This document shows positions 8,543 through 17,187 of a DNA stretch of 64,000 nt, in pieces. Origin of the DNA: Candidatus Iainarchaeum sp. (GTDB taxonomy: Archaea > Iainarchaeota > Iainarchaeia > Iainarchaeales > JACQJH01); contig JACQJH010000001.1 in NCBI GenBank assembly GCA_016205145.1, positions 451,501 through 515,500 on the forward strand. Reading direction: 5' to 3'. The stretch's first letter is position 1; every line of letters begins with the position of its first letter. The notes below the pieces were generated by a model, which ran no database searches, was not told the DNA's origin, and saw nothing but the letters and a program-made list of their open reading frames with translations. A program made the translations under genes and the position numbers.

Positions 8543-9130
8543 ATGGTGGAAAAATCGGGTTTGCTGGCATTGGTTGTATTGGCGGGTTTAATCGCGTTGC
8601 CTGTTGCAATGGCGCAGGGTTCGGATGATTTTGCGCAGGCGAAGGCGCTGATCGACAGGAATGCGTCCTGCGGCAGCCTGAGCAGCGAACAGCTTGAACT
8701 GATCGGCGATTATGTGATGGAGCAGATCCATCCCGGCGAAGCCCACGAATATGTGGAATCGATGATGGGCGGCGAGGGCTCGGATAGCCTGAAACGGGCG
8801 CACATTGCCATGGCTTACAGGTTCTACTGTGCAGGCTTAGGTTCTGGGTTGAACGCAAACAGCCCGTATTATGGCGTAATGGGCGGCTATGGGATGATGG
8901 GTGGCATGATGTACGGCAACTATGGCGGGATGATGGGTTCTGGCAATGCCTATTCCACTTATGGGCTTATGGGATACGGCGGCGGAACCGCAAATTATCC
9001 TGGAATGATGGGCTATAATGCGTCAACCGGCGGCCTTGGCCTGCTTACGCAGGTCTTGTTTGTGGTGGCGCTTGGTCTCGCAGTTCTGTTCCTTGGCATT
9101 AAAGTCTTCGGGCAATTTCAAAAGCGGTGA
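8543..9130 (+). CDS. Secreted Met/Gly/Tyr-rich protein with a signal peptide and a C-terminal TM anchor. It is a putative periplasmic copper-binding protein.
   Basis: Signal peptide LLALVVLAGLIALPVAMAQG. The central region is MGGYGMMGGMMYGNYGGMMGSGNAYSTYGLMGYGG. The C-terminal TM is LFVVALGLAVLFLGI. Confidence 0.55.
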   Translation: MVEKSGLLALVVLAGLIALPVAMAQGSDDFAQAKALIDRNASCGSLSSEQLELIGDYVMEQIHPGEAHEYVESMMGGEGSDSLKRAHIAMAYRFYCAGLGSGLNANSPYYGVMGGYGMMGGMMYGNYGGMMGSGNAYSTYGLMGYGGGTANYPGMMGYNASTGGLGLLTQVLFVVALGLAVLFLGIKVFGQFQKR

Positions 9131-9180
9131 TTGAGGATTTGGGGTTGAATGTCCTGCGGGTTGTATGCCGGCCCGGAACA

Positions 9181-9227
9181 AAAGGTTTCAGCAATGCCTA
9201 TTTATGGTTTCAGCAGGAATATTTGCA
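9181..9227 (+). promoter_or_regulatory. Conserved 47-nt promoter/operator motif, copy 2, upstream of the cupredoxin-copZ-copA operon.
   Basis: AAGGTTTCAGCAATGCCTATTTATGGTTTCAGCAGGAATATTTGCAT aligns with 2865-2911. Confidence 0.5.
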
Positions 9228-9296
9228 TAGTTGTGTTTTTTTGCATCCGGTCTTTTTTATGAATTTTATGGGTGAAGGCTCTAAAGTGGTGGTCAG

Positions 9297-9728
9297 ATGA
9301 ATGAGGTTAAAGTCCAGCGTGTTTTCCTGTTGCTTGTGTTAGGCGCCCTGGTCGTGTTCGGCGGAATGGTTCTGTTTTGGTTTGGCGCTAATGCAGCGCC
9401 CGCCAGATCGGCATCGGTAAATAATCAGGGTATTGTTGCCGGAGGGAACGGCCAGGCACAGGACATTTACATCAGGGCGCTTTCAAGCGGAACCTATGAC
9501 AAAAGCGAGGTCACGGTAAAGAAAGGCGTGCCGGTCAGACTGCATTTTTCCGCTGACCCTGGCGCGGGCTGCGGAAGGTATCTGGTGCTATACGGCCTGA
9601 ACGTCAATGCGCTTTCCAAGAACGGCGAAGAAGCGGTTGTCGACTTCACGCCGCAACAGGAAGGCAGCTTTGAATACAATTGCGGTATGAGAATGTTCAA
9701 ACCCGGAACATTGAAGGTTTTGGCATGA
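9297..9728 (+). CDS. Cupredoxin-like copper-binding domain protein with an N-terminal TM anchor.
   Basis: The beta-rich domain has Cu-ligand-like residues HFSADPGAGCGRY...YNCGMRMFKPG in a Cys...Cys-x-Met arrangement. Confidence 0.55.
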   Translation: MNEVKVQRVFLLLVLGALVVFGGMVLFWFGANAAPARSASVNNQGIVAGGNGQAQDIYIRALSSGTYDKSEVTVKKGVPVRLHFSADPGAGCGRYLVLYGLNVNALSKNGEEAVVDFTPQQEGSFEYNCGMRMFKPGTLKVLA

Positions 9729-10201
9729 GCAGGCTTGAAGCTTTGGCCTTGGTGTTGTCGGAGCGCAGTCAGCTCGCAATATTTCTTGCGGCGTTTGCCG
9801 TGCTTTTGCCTTTGCTGGCAGTCAGCTCGGCAATAATTTCGCCGGTGGGTTTTGCGTTCAATCCTTTGGCTGAACCGCTTGGAATCGCTTTGACAATCGT
9901 CATTGCAATCCTGATGGGCCTGAACCTGACGGTCCTGTTGCATGCCCACGCACGCAATGCAAATGCAAAAAAGGGGACTGTCCTGTTCGGCGGCCTGGCG
10001 GCAACGTTTGCCACTGCCTGCCCTGTTTGCCCGCCGACATGGATTGTCCTGCTCGGCTTCGGCTCGGCCGCGGGCTTTCTTTCTGGAACCGGGATTTTCA
10101 TTGCAATTGGCAGCATAGTCTTGCTTTCATTGGCTCTTTACAATTCTTTGGGTTGCGCAGACGGAAACTGCGGGGTGGACAAGAATGGAAAAAATGATTA
10201 A
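9725..10201 (+). CDS. CxxC membrane protein, paralog 3 (ATACPVCPPTW; C-terminal CADGNCG).
   Basis: Its ATG overlaps the upstream stop (ATGA). Same architecture as 1466 and 6747. Confidence 0.45.
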   Translation: MSRLEALALVLSERSQLAIFLAAFAVLLPLLAVSSAIISPVGFAFNPLAEPLGIALTIVIAILMGLNLTVLLHAHARNANAKKGTVLFGGLAATFATACPVCPPTWIVLLGFGSAAGFLSGTGIFIAIGSIVLLSLALYNSLGCADGNCGVDKNGKND

Positions 10202-10388
10202 AGTGAAAGGCATGCATTGTAAGTCATGCGAAATCCTTGTCGCGGACTCCGTGTCTGAAATCAGCGGCGTGGAAAGCGTCAAGGCGGACAGCAGGAAGGG
10301 AACTGTTGTGGTGAATGTCCGGGATGCCGGGATTCTCGGCAGGGTGAAAGCCGCGATTGAAAAGGAAGGCTACAAGGTGGAAAACTGA
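10185..10388 (+). CDS. copZ: Copper chaperone CopZ (single HMA domain).
   Basis: The GMHCKSCE motif is the MxCxxC of an HMA domain. The protein is 67 aa. Confidence 0.8.
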   Translation: MEKMIKVKGMHCKSCEILVADSVSEISGVESVKADSRKGTVVVNVRDAGILGRVKAAIEKEGYKVEN

Positions 10389-11308
10389 TGGAATTCGAAC
10401 TTGAACTTGGCGGAATGTCCTGCGGCTCATGCGAGCGCATAATCGAAAAGGTTGCCGAGAAAGCCGGCGCGGAAGTCAAGGAAATCGACTCGCGCAAAGG
10501 CAGGGTCACAATCGTTTCCGAGGAATCCAAAATAGCCGGAATAAGGGAAGAGCTTGCCAAGCGCGGCTTTGCCGAAAAGGGCAGCAGGGAAGACGTGGGC
10601 AGGGGCGACCTGAAAAACGTTGTTGGCTACATTTTGGCAGTGCTGTCAATCCAGCCGCACGTCGAAGAGGAAGCCAGGCTCGTCAACCACGCCATTGCGT
10701 CCGCGATTATTTTGGCTGGGCTGAACATTCTGGCTTACCTGTTTTTTGTGCAGGGCCTGGAGAACGGCGAAAAGTACCTTCCATTCCTTGCATTGGCGAT
10801 TGTTGCGTCAATAACATCCGTTTTCGCGTACCTTCACGCCAAATGCTACCGTAAAATCATGTCCTGCCAGAACGGCATGATGGTCGGAATGACCATGGGC
10901 ATGGTTCCGGGCTTCATGGTCGGCGCAATCATTGCCGCGACAAACGGAATGTTTCTTGGCAGCGTGGCCGGAATTCTGACCGGCGCATGGCTTGGCCTGA
11001 AGAGCGGAAAATGCTGCGGCGTAATGGGCGCAATGGAAGGAGTCATGGCCGGCCTGATGTCCGGTTTGATGGGGCCGATGACAGTGATCATGACCCTCAA
11101 CGACAACATGCTCGTTCTGCTTTACCTGATTTTCGGAATCTCTGTTTTTTTGCTCGGCGGCCTGAGCTACATGCTGTACCGCGAGGAAGGCGAAACCCCG
11201 GTTGCGAACACAAAGCTGCCGGAATTCATTGTTCTCGGCATTGCGTTCAATCTTGTGCTGCTGGCGATAATGCTTTTTGCGGTTAAGGGGCCATTGAGGT
11301 TCGTGTGA
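10388..11308 (+). CDS. Fusion of an N-terminal HMA domain to a polytopic Met-rich membrane domain. It is a candidate Cu(I) channel or permease.
   Basis: The N-terminus carries GMSCGSCE. The membrane part is [19 protein letters not shown]...[24 protein letters not shown]. Confidence 0.55.
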   Translation: MEFELELGGMSCGSCERIIEKVAEKAGAEVKEIDSRKGRVTIVSEESKIAGIREELAKRGFAEKGSREDVGRGDLKNVVGYILAVLSIQPHVEEEARLVNHAIASAIILAGLNILAYLFFVQGLENGEKYLPFLALAIVASITSVFAYLHAKCYRKIMSCQNGMMVGMTMGMVPGFMVGAIIAATNGMFLGSVAGILTGAWLGLKSGKCCGVMGAMEGVMAGLMSGLMGPMTVIMTLNDNMLVLLYLIFGISVFLLGGLSYMLYREEGETPVANTKLPEFIVLGIAFNLVLLAIMLFAVKGPLRFV

Positions 11309-11318
11309 GGGCGATGGC

Positions 11319-13775
11319 ATGAAAAAAATCACAGTCGGCATTAAAGGCATGCATTGCGCTTCCTGCGCCACGATAATCGAGCGTCGCCTCAAAAAAGTTG
11401 AAGGCGTGAAGGATGTCTCTGTCAGCGTCGCGGCAAACAGGGCGGCGATCGAATTTGATGAGGGCATTGCGGGCATTGAACAGTTTGGAAAGGCAGTGGA
11501 AAGTGCAGGGTACGAACTCGTCCAGCCGCAGGGGCAGGATTCCGGCGATGCGAAGATAACAATGCATGTAAAGGGCATGGATTCGCCGCATTGTGCGGGC
11601 ATTGTCGGGAATGCGCTCAAGGGAACCGCTGGAGTGAAAAAATTCGACCTCAGCTTCCAGAATGCCTCGGCAATGGTTGAATTCGATGCCTCCATCACCG
11701 GCTTTGATAAAATAAAGGCTTCGATTGCAAGGGCAGGCTATGATGCGGAACTGCTTGTCGGGGAGGAAACAGTGGACCAGGAGAAGGCCGCACGCGATAA
11801 AGAAATCGCGGAATTGAAGCGCAGGCTCGTTTTTTCGGCATTGCTGACCGTGCCGGTTGTCCTGCTTGCATTGCCGGAAATGCTGAAAACTGTTATGGCA
11901 TTCGAGTACCCGCAGTTCATAATGCAGAACATGGCTGCATTGCAATTGCTGTTTTCAACGCCGGTGATGTACCTTAACAGGGACATGTTTGTGAGGGGCT
12001 TCAGGGGGCTGTTGAATAACATGCCGGGCATGGACAGCCTTGTCGCTTTGGGCGTCGGGACAACCTATGCTTACAGCGCAATCGTGGCCCTGCGCATCAT
12101 TGGCGGAGTCATGTATTTTGAAACCGCTGCTTTGCTTCTCACGTTCATATTGCTTGGCAGGTACCTTGAGGCGATTGCCAAAGGAAAGACTTCCGAGGCA
12201 ATCAAGCGCCTTGTAGGGCTTGCGCCGAAAACCGCAATCGTGGTCAGGGCAGGAAAAGAGGTTGAAATTCCGATCAAGGAAGTTGTTGTCGGGGACATTG
12301 TCATTGTGAAGCCGGGCAGCAAGATTCCGGTTGACGGCGTCATAGTCGAAGGCGAAAGCAGCATTGACGAGAGCATGATTACAGGGGAGAGCATGCCCGT
12401 GCACAAGCGAAAAAATGACATTGTGATCGGCGGGACAATCAACGGCAATGGCTCTTTCAGGTTCAGGGCGACAAAAATCGGCAAGGACACAATGCTTGCG
12501 CAGATAATCCGTTTGGTGGAGGACGCGCAGGCAAGCAAGGCGCCGATCCAGAAGCTTGCAGACACTGTCGCAGGCTATTTTGTGCACGCAGTAATAGTGC
12601 TTGCATTGCTTGCCTTCGCTTACTGGTATTTCGTGGCAGGCCAGCCGTTTCTTTTCGCGCTCACAATCCTTGTTTCAACGCTTGTGATTTCCTGTCCTTG
12701 CGCAATGGGCCTTGCAACCCCGACAGCGGTCATGATTGGAACCGGCAAGGGCGCCGAGAACGGCGTGCTCATAAAAAACGCGGAGAGCCTTGAAATCCTG
12801 CATCAGGCCAAAACCTTTGTGTTCGACAAGACCGGCACAATCACCATGGGAAAGGCGTCGGTAACGGAAATCGTTCCGGTCGGAATCAAGGCAGCCGACC
12901 TTCTTTGCCTTGCGGCTTCCGCGGAAAAGAATTCCGAGCATCATTTAGCGCAGGCAATCGTGAAAAAGGCGAAGGAATCGAGGCTGAAAATTGCAGAACC
13001 GAAATCTTTCAAGGCGATTCCGGGGCATGGCGTCGAGGCAAAAGTCGGGGCGAAGAATGTTCTCATCGGAACTGTTGTCCTGATGAAAAAAAGCGGGGTC
13101 CGGATCGGAAACGATTTGGTTGGCAGGATGCAGTCGCTTGAAGAGCAGGGAAAAAGCGTTGTCCTTGTTTCGTCGGACGGAAAGCTTGTGGGAATGGTTG
13201 CGATTGCCGACACCATAAAAGAGCATGCTGCCGAGGCTGTAAGGCAATTGCAGGCAATGGGTTATGAAACCGTCATGATAACCGGCGACAATTCCCGCAC
13301 TGCAAACGCGATTGCAAAGCAGGCAGGCATTTCAAGGGTGCTGGCGCAGGTGCTTCCGTCGGACAAGGCCGCGGAAGTCAAGAAATTGCAGTTGAACGGA
13401 AGAAAGGTTGCCTTTGTCGGCGACGGCATAAACGATGCCCCGGCCTTGGCGCAGGCCGACATTGGAATCGCGATTGGCAGCGGCACCGACGTTGCGATTG
13501 AAAGCGGCGGAATAGTTTTGGTGAAAAGCGATTTGCGCGACATTGTGACGGCGGTAAAGCTTAGCAAATACACTCTCGGCAAAATAAAGCAGAATCTGTT
13601 CTGGGCTTTCGGCTACAATGCGGTCGGCATTCCGCTCGCGGCAGGCGCATTCTATCCTTTCACCGGCTGGCTTTTGTCGCCGGTCATAGCCGGAGCGGCA
13701 ATGGCTTTCAGCTCGGTAAGCGTTGTTTCGAACAGCCTGCTCATGCGCGGATGGAAACCGGATAAAAAGGTTTGA
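11319..13775 (+). CDS. copA: Copper-translocating P1B-type ATPase CopA with two N-terminal HMA domains.
   Basis: It has GMHCASCA and GMDSPHCA motifs, an [14 protein letters not shown] motif, DKTGTIT, and GDGINDAP. Confidence 0.92.
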   Translation: MKKITVGIKGMHCASCATIIERRLKKVEGVKDVSVSVAANRAAIEFDEGIAGIEQFGKAVESAGYELVQPQGQDSGDAKITMHVKGMDSPHCAGIVGNALKGTAGVKKFDLSFQNASAMVEFDASITGFDKIKASIARAGYDAELLVGEETVDQEKAARDKEIAELKRRLVFSALLTVPVVLLALPEMLKTVMAFEYPQFIMQNMAALQLLFSTPVMYLNRDMFVRGFRGLLNNMPGMDSLVALGVGTTYAYSAIVALRIIGGVMYFETAALLLTFILLGRYLEAIAKGKTSEAIKRLVGLAPKTAIVVRAGKEVEIPIKEVVVGDIVIVKPGSKIPVDGVIVEGESSIDESMITGESMPVHKRKNDIVIGGTINGNGSFRFRATKIGKDTMLAQIIRLVEDAQASKAPIQKLADTVAGYFVHAVIVLALLAFAYWYFVAGQPFLFALTILVSTLVISCPCAMGLATPTAVMIGTGKGAENGVLIKNAESLEILHQAKTFVFDKTGTITMGKASVTEIVPVGIKAADLLCLAASAEKNSEHHLAQAIVKKAKESRLKIAEPKSFKAIPGHGVEAKVGAKNVLIGTVVLMKKSGVRIGNDLVGRMQSLEEQGKSVVLVSSDGKLVGMVAIADTIKEHAAEAVRQLQAMGYETVMITGDNSRTANAIAKQAGISRVLAQVLPSDKAAEVKKLQLNGRKVAFVGDGINDAPALAQADIGIAIGSGTDVAIESGGIVLVKSDLRDIVTAVKLSKYTLGKIKQNLFWAFGYNAVGIPLAAGAFYPFTGWLLSPVIAGAAMAFSSVSVVSNSLLMRGWKPDKKV

Positions 13776-14741
13776 CTATTGTTTTCCCGCGCTGAGCGCC
13801 TGGTAGTTTACCGCGCCGTAAGTGTTGTTTTCTTTGAGCGCGCGGATGATCTGCTGTGCCGCTTCGACCCCGCACTTGTCCTGCGCTTCCTTTGTGGCTG
13901 AGGCGATGTGCGGCGTGAGAATGACGTTGCCCAACTGCGTCAGCTCCGAGTTTTCCAATGGTTCTTTTGCGAAAACGTCGAGTGCAGCGCCGCCAAGCTT
14001 TCCGCTTTTAAGCGCTTGAACCAGGTCGGCTTCGTTTATTGCCCCGCCGCGCGCAGTGTTCACGATTTTTGCGCCGTCCTTCATTTTTGAAATAGTGTCC
14101 GCGTTAATCATTCCTTTTGTCTGCTCTGTCAGGGGAACGTGCAATGAAATCATGTCCGCCTGTGCCAGCAGTTCGTCCAACTGCACCAGGCTTGCGTTCG
14201 CTTCCCTTACATGCTCTTCTTTCGCGAAAGGGTCCGCAACGACGATTTTCATTCCGAATGCGTTGCCGCGTTTGGCAACTTCCCTTCCGATGCGGCCGAA
14301 GCCGATCAGGCCGAGAGTTTTTCCCTGAAGCTCGTTGCCCTTGAACGCTTTCTTCTCCCATTCGCCGCGCTTCATGCTCGCGTCGGCCTTTGCGATGTGC
14401 CTGTTCAATGCGATCATCAAACCGATTGCGTGCTCGGCAACGGAAACGGTGTTGCCTTCCGGGGTGTTGAAGACGAAAATGCCTTTTGCGGTCGCGGCCT
14501 GGATGTCAACATTGTCGAGGCCAACCCCGGCCCTTGAAACCGCTTTCATCTTGTGCGCTGCGGCGATGATTGCGGGCGTGACTTTCGTGGCGCTTCTCAC
14601 TATCATTGCGTCGTATCCGGAAACCGATTGCACGAGCTGTTCTTCGCTGAGCCCCTCCCGTTCATCGGCTTCGAGGCCCGCCTCTCTTATCATTTGCACG
14701 CCTTTTTTTGCGATGTTGTCCATTACGAGAACTTTTGCCAT
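13776..14741 (-). CDS. serA: D-3-phosphoglycerate dehydrogenase (2-hydroxyacid dehydrogenase family).
   Basis: Motifs GLIGFGRIGREVAKR (NAD-binding) and the catalytic region HIASAT. It sits next to a class V aminotransferase. Confidence 0.8.
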   Translation of the reverse strand: MAKVLVMDNIAKKGVQMIREAGLEADEREGLSEEQLVQSVSGYDAMIVRSATKVTPAIIAAAHKMKAVSRAGVGLDNVDIQAATAKGIFVFNTPEGNTVSVAEHAIGLMIALNRHIAKADASMKRGEWEKKAFKGNELQGKTLGLIGFGRIGREVAKRGNAFGMKIVVADPFAKEEHVREANASLVQLDELLAQADMISLHVPLTEQTKGMINADTISKMKDGAKIVNTARGGAINEADLVQALKSGKLGGAALDVFAKEPLENSELTQLGNVILTPHIASATKEAQDKCGVEAAQQIIRALKENNTYGAVNYQALSAGKQ

Positions 14742-14781
14742 TTTGGTCCCCCGGTTTTTCCCGTGCGATTTTCGCGGATTT

Positions 14782-15924
14782 TCACGCTATTGCCTTCATT
14801 GTGGCGAGAATCGAGTCGATTGTGTCCAGCAGTTCTTTCAGTTGTTCTTCCGTGGTGTCGCCCATGTGCGCTATCCTGAAAGTCTGCTGCTTGAGCTTGC
14901 TGTAACCGTTTGAAATCACATAGCCTTTTTTGCCGAGCTCTTCGTTCAGCTTGTCGATGTCGTATCCTTTCGTGTTTTTGATGCAGCTTAATGCGATTGC
15001 CTCGAAGCCCTTTTCCGGGAACAGTTCAAAGCCCTGTTCCTTGACCCAGGAGTGGCAGATGTTCCTCAGCTTTTCGTGCCTTGCAAACCTCTGTTCGAGG
15101 CCTTCCGCGAGCATGTTGTCAAGCTGTTTGTCCAGGCCGAACAATTGCGGTATTGCGGGCGTGCTCGGCGTATTGTTTTTCTGGTGGTATTTGTCCATTT
15201 CAATAAGGTCAAAATAATAGCCCCTGTTTTTCACTTCTTTCGCCTTGTCCAGCGCCTTCTGGCTCACGGATGCGATTGCCAGGCCGGGCGGCAAGGCAAA
15301 TGCCTTCTGCACTCCGGCAAGGCAGATGTCGATGCCGAAAGCGTCTGTGTCAATCGGCATTGCCGTCAGGCTTGAAACAGTGTCGACGCAGAAAATTGTT
15401 TCAGGATAGTCTTTCATCACTTTTGCGATTTGTTCAAGCGGGTTCAATACGCCGGTGGATGTTTCGCTGTGCACCAGCATTACAGATTCGTATTTTCCGG
15501 TTTCAAGCTTTTCCTTCAATGGCTCGGCCTTGTTTGCGAGGCCCCATTCCACGCTTAAAGCGTCGGCCTGCTTTCCGTTTGCGAGGCTGAGCCTGTGCCA
15601 CAGTTCGGAGAAGTTTCCGCATGTCATGTGCAGGCATTTTTCGTTTGCCGTGTTGCGCGAACAGGCTTCGAATGCGCCTGTGGAGGAGGACGTGAACATG
15701 AAGACCCTGTTCTTGGTGAACATTGCCTTCTGGATTTTCGGCTGGATTGAAGCGTACAGGCTTGCGAATTCCCTGCTCCTGTGCCCGATCATGGGCCTGC
15801 CTATCTCATGCCTGATTTCCTCGCTGACTTCCGTCGGACCCGGAATGAAAAGCCTTTTGTGCACTTCAAAATCCCCCCTAATTTCTGTTATATGCCTGAT
15901 AAAAGACTGATATTTAGCCGACAA
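14782..15924 (-). CDS. Class V aminotransferase (serine-pyruvate/phosphoserine aminotransferase-like).
   Basis: It starts with PGPTEV and has the length and motif pattern of PLP fold-type I. It is adjacent to serA. Confidence 0.75.
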   Translation of the reverse strand: MSAKYQSFIRHITEIRGDFEVHKRLFIPGPTEVSEEIRHEIGRPMIGHRSREFASLYASIQPKIQKAMFTKNRVFMFTSSSTGAFEACSRNTANEKCLHMTCGNFSELWHRLSLANGKQADALSVEWGLANKAEPLKEKLETGKYESVMLVHSETSTGVLNPLEQIAKVMKDYPETIFCVDTVSSLTAMPIDTDAFGIDICLAGVQKAFALPPGLAIASVSQKALDKAKEVKNRGYYFDLIEMDKYHQKNNTPSTPAIPQLFGLDKQLDNMLAEGLEQRFARHEKLRNICHSWVKEQGFELFPEKGFEAIALSCIKNTKGYDIDKLNEELGKKGYVISNGYSKLKQQTFRIAHMGDTTEEQLKELLDTIDSILATMKAIA

Positions 15925-16048
15925 CTTTTTTTAAAGCGTGCGTTCGGAGCCGGTTTCGTCCGGCTGGTTCGATGACGGGTATCTCGCGTTGCTCGATACC
16001 CATCTGCACTCAGCATTAAATGTTTCGGAGGCGTGCGACGGAGCCAGG

Positions 16049-17023
16049 TTATTCCTTGATTTCAGCGGCATCGATCTGCCCGTCGCCGTCCAAATCCAGG
16101 CCTTCGACAACTTTTGCGTGAATCCTTTCATTGAAAAGATTTGGCTTGGCAATCTTTTCAACGCTTTTTGCCATTGCGACAACCGCGGCCTTGGTGCCAG
16201 CATTGCGGTTTCCGGCTATGAGCAGAATGCGCTTGTCGCCGAAGAAAGGGTGTGGCGCCTTGACGATTATGCCTGTTGCGTCCTCGGTGTAGGTTTTTTC
16301 CGAAGCCGAGCTTTCAATGCCCCATGGGCCATTGCTTTGCACGAATTTTACGGGCAGCCTGTCGTTTATTTCCTGGCAGATCTTGTTTGTGATCGGCCCG
16401 CCGACAATGATTGCGTTGCTGTCAAGCTTTTCCAGTGACTCGACCATTGTGTCCAATAGCACGAAAGGGTATTTTATTTTGGAGGCATAACTGCCGAGGA
16501 TTGCTGCCAGTTCGACTGCCAGGTGGGAGTCCCTTGCCCTCGCCTTGAGCGGGCCGTGCGGATCGGGCGAGCCGATGATGATTTTGGCTGAAAAAACGCC
16601 CTTATGTATAAACGGTTCGAGGAATTCTGCAATCTCTTTAGGCACTTCCTTTTCCCTGCCTTCGATGGCCTGCTTTTCCCCGCCGGCATCCGGTGTAACG
16701 ATTGACACCGCGCCGAAGTCCGCGGAAAAGAATTTTGCCAGGGCGCCCTGTTTTTCCTGCGTCTTCTGCACCGACACAAGTCCGGATTTTTTCAGCTGGT
16801 TGATGTAATAGTATGCTTTCTGCTCCGGCATGCCCAGCTTTTTCGCCAGCTCGGCAGGATAAGCCGGCTTTTTCACCAGCTCAGAGTAAATTTTCCATGC
16901 GCTATCGCTGGCAAGCGGCCTTATTTCGCTTGCCTTGTGGGCAATTTTTGTGGCGATTCGCCTCCGGACCGCGTTCCTTTCAAATTCGACAAAATCCGCC
17001 AAAAACACCACCACTTTTAACAT
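16049..17023 (-). CDS. Winged-HTH transcriptional regulator with a central domain of unknown function and a C-terminal canonical EF-hand Ca2+-binding loop.
   Basis: The wHTH is AWKIYSELVKKPAYPAELAKKLGMPEQKAYYYINQLKKSGLV. The C-terminal DLDGDGQIDAAE matches D-x-D-x-D-G-x-I-x3-E. Confidence 0.5.
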   Translation of the reverse strand: MLKVVVFLADFVEFERNAVRRRIATKIAHKASEIRPLASDSAWKIYSELVKKPAYPAELAKKLGMPEQKAYYYINQLKKSGLVSVQKTQEKQGALAKFFSADFGAVSIVTPDAGGEKQAIEGREKEVPKEIAEFLEPFIHKGVFSAKIIIGSPDPHGPLKARARDSHLAVELAAILGSYASKIKYPFVLLDTMVESLEKLDSNAIIVGGPITNKICQEINDRLPVKFVQSNGPWGIESSASEKTYTEDATGIIVKAPHPFFGDKRILLIAGNRNAGTKAAVVAMAKSVEKIAKPNLFNERIHAKVVEGLDLDGDGQIDAAEIKE

Positions 17024-17187
17024 TTTAATAATGGTATAGCTTTTTTAATAATAATGGTTGAATTTTTATTTAAATGCTTGCCCCTGCGTTCTGAATTTTT
17101 TCTTAATGCTTCCGCGATTTTCGGGTTGGGTTTTAAATACCTGCGGAAAGCAATTGTCTTATTCGCAACTGTTTTTTGTGGTTTGTA

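Noticed and set aside
10808-11698. 296-aa antisense ORF over the HMA-membrane gene and the copA start
   Set aside because: Same reasoning. It overlaps well-supported genes and has Cys/His/Ala-rich junk composition.
17030-17187. glmS ribozyme upstream of glmS
   Set aside because: The region is an AT-rich promoter with direct repeats. No conserved glmS-ribozyme core or pseudoknot was recognisable, and the element is bacterial.
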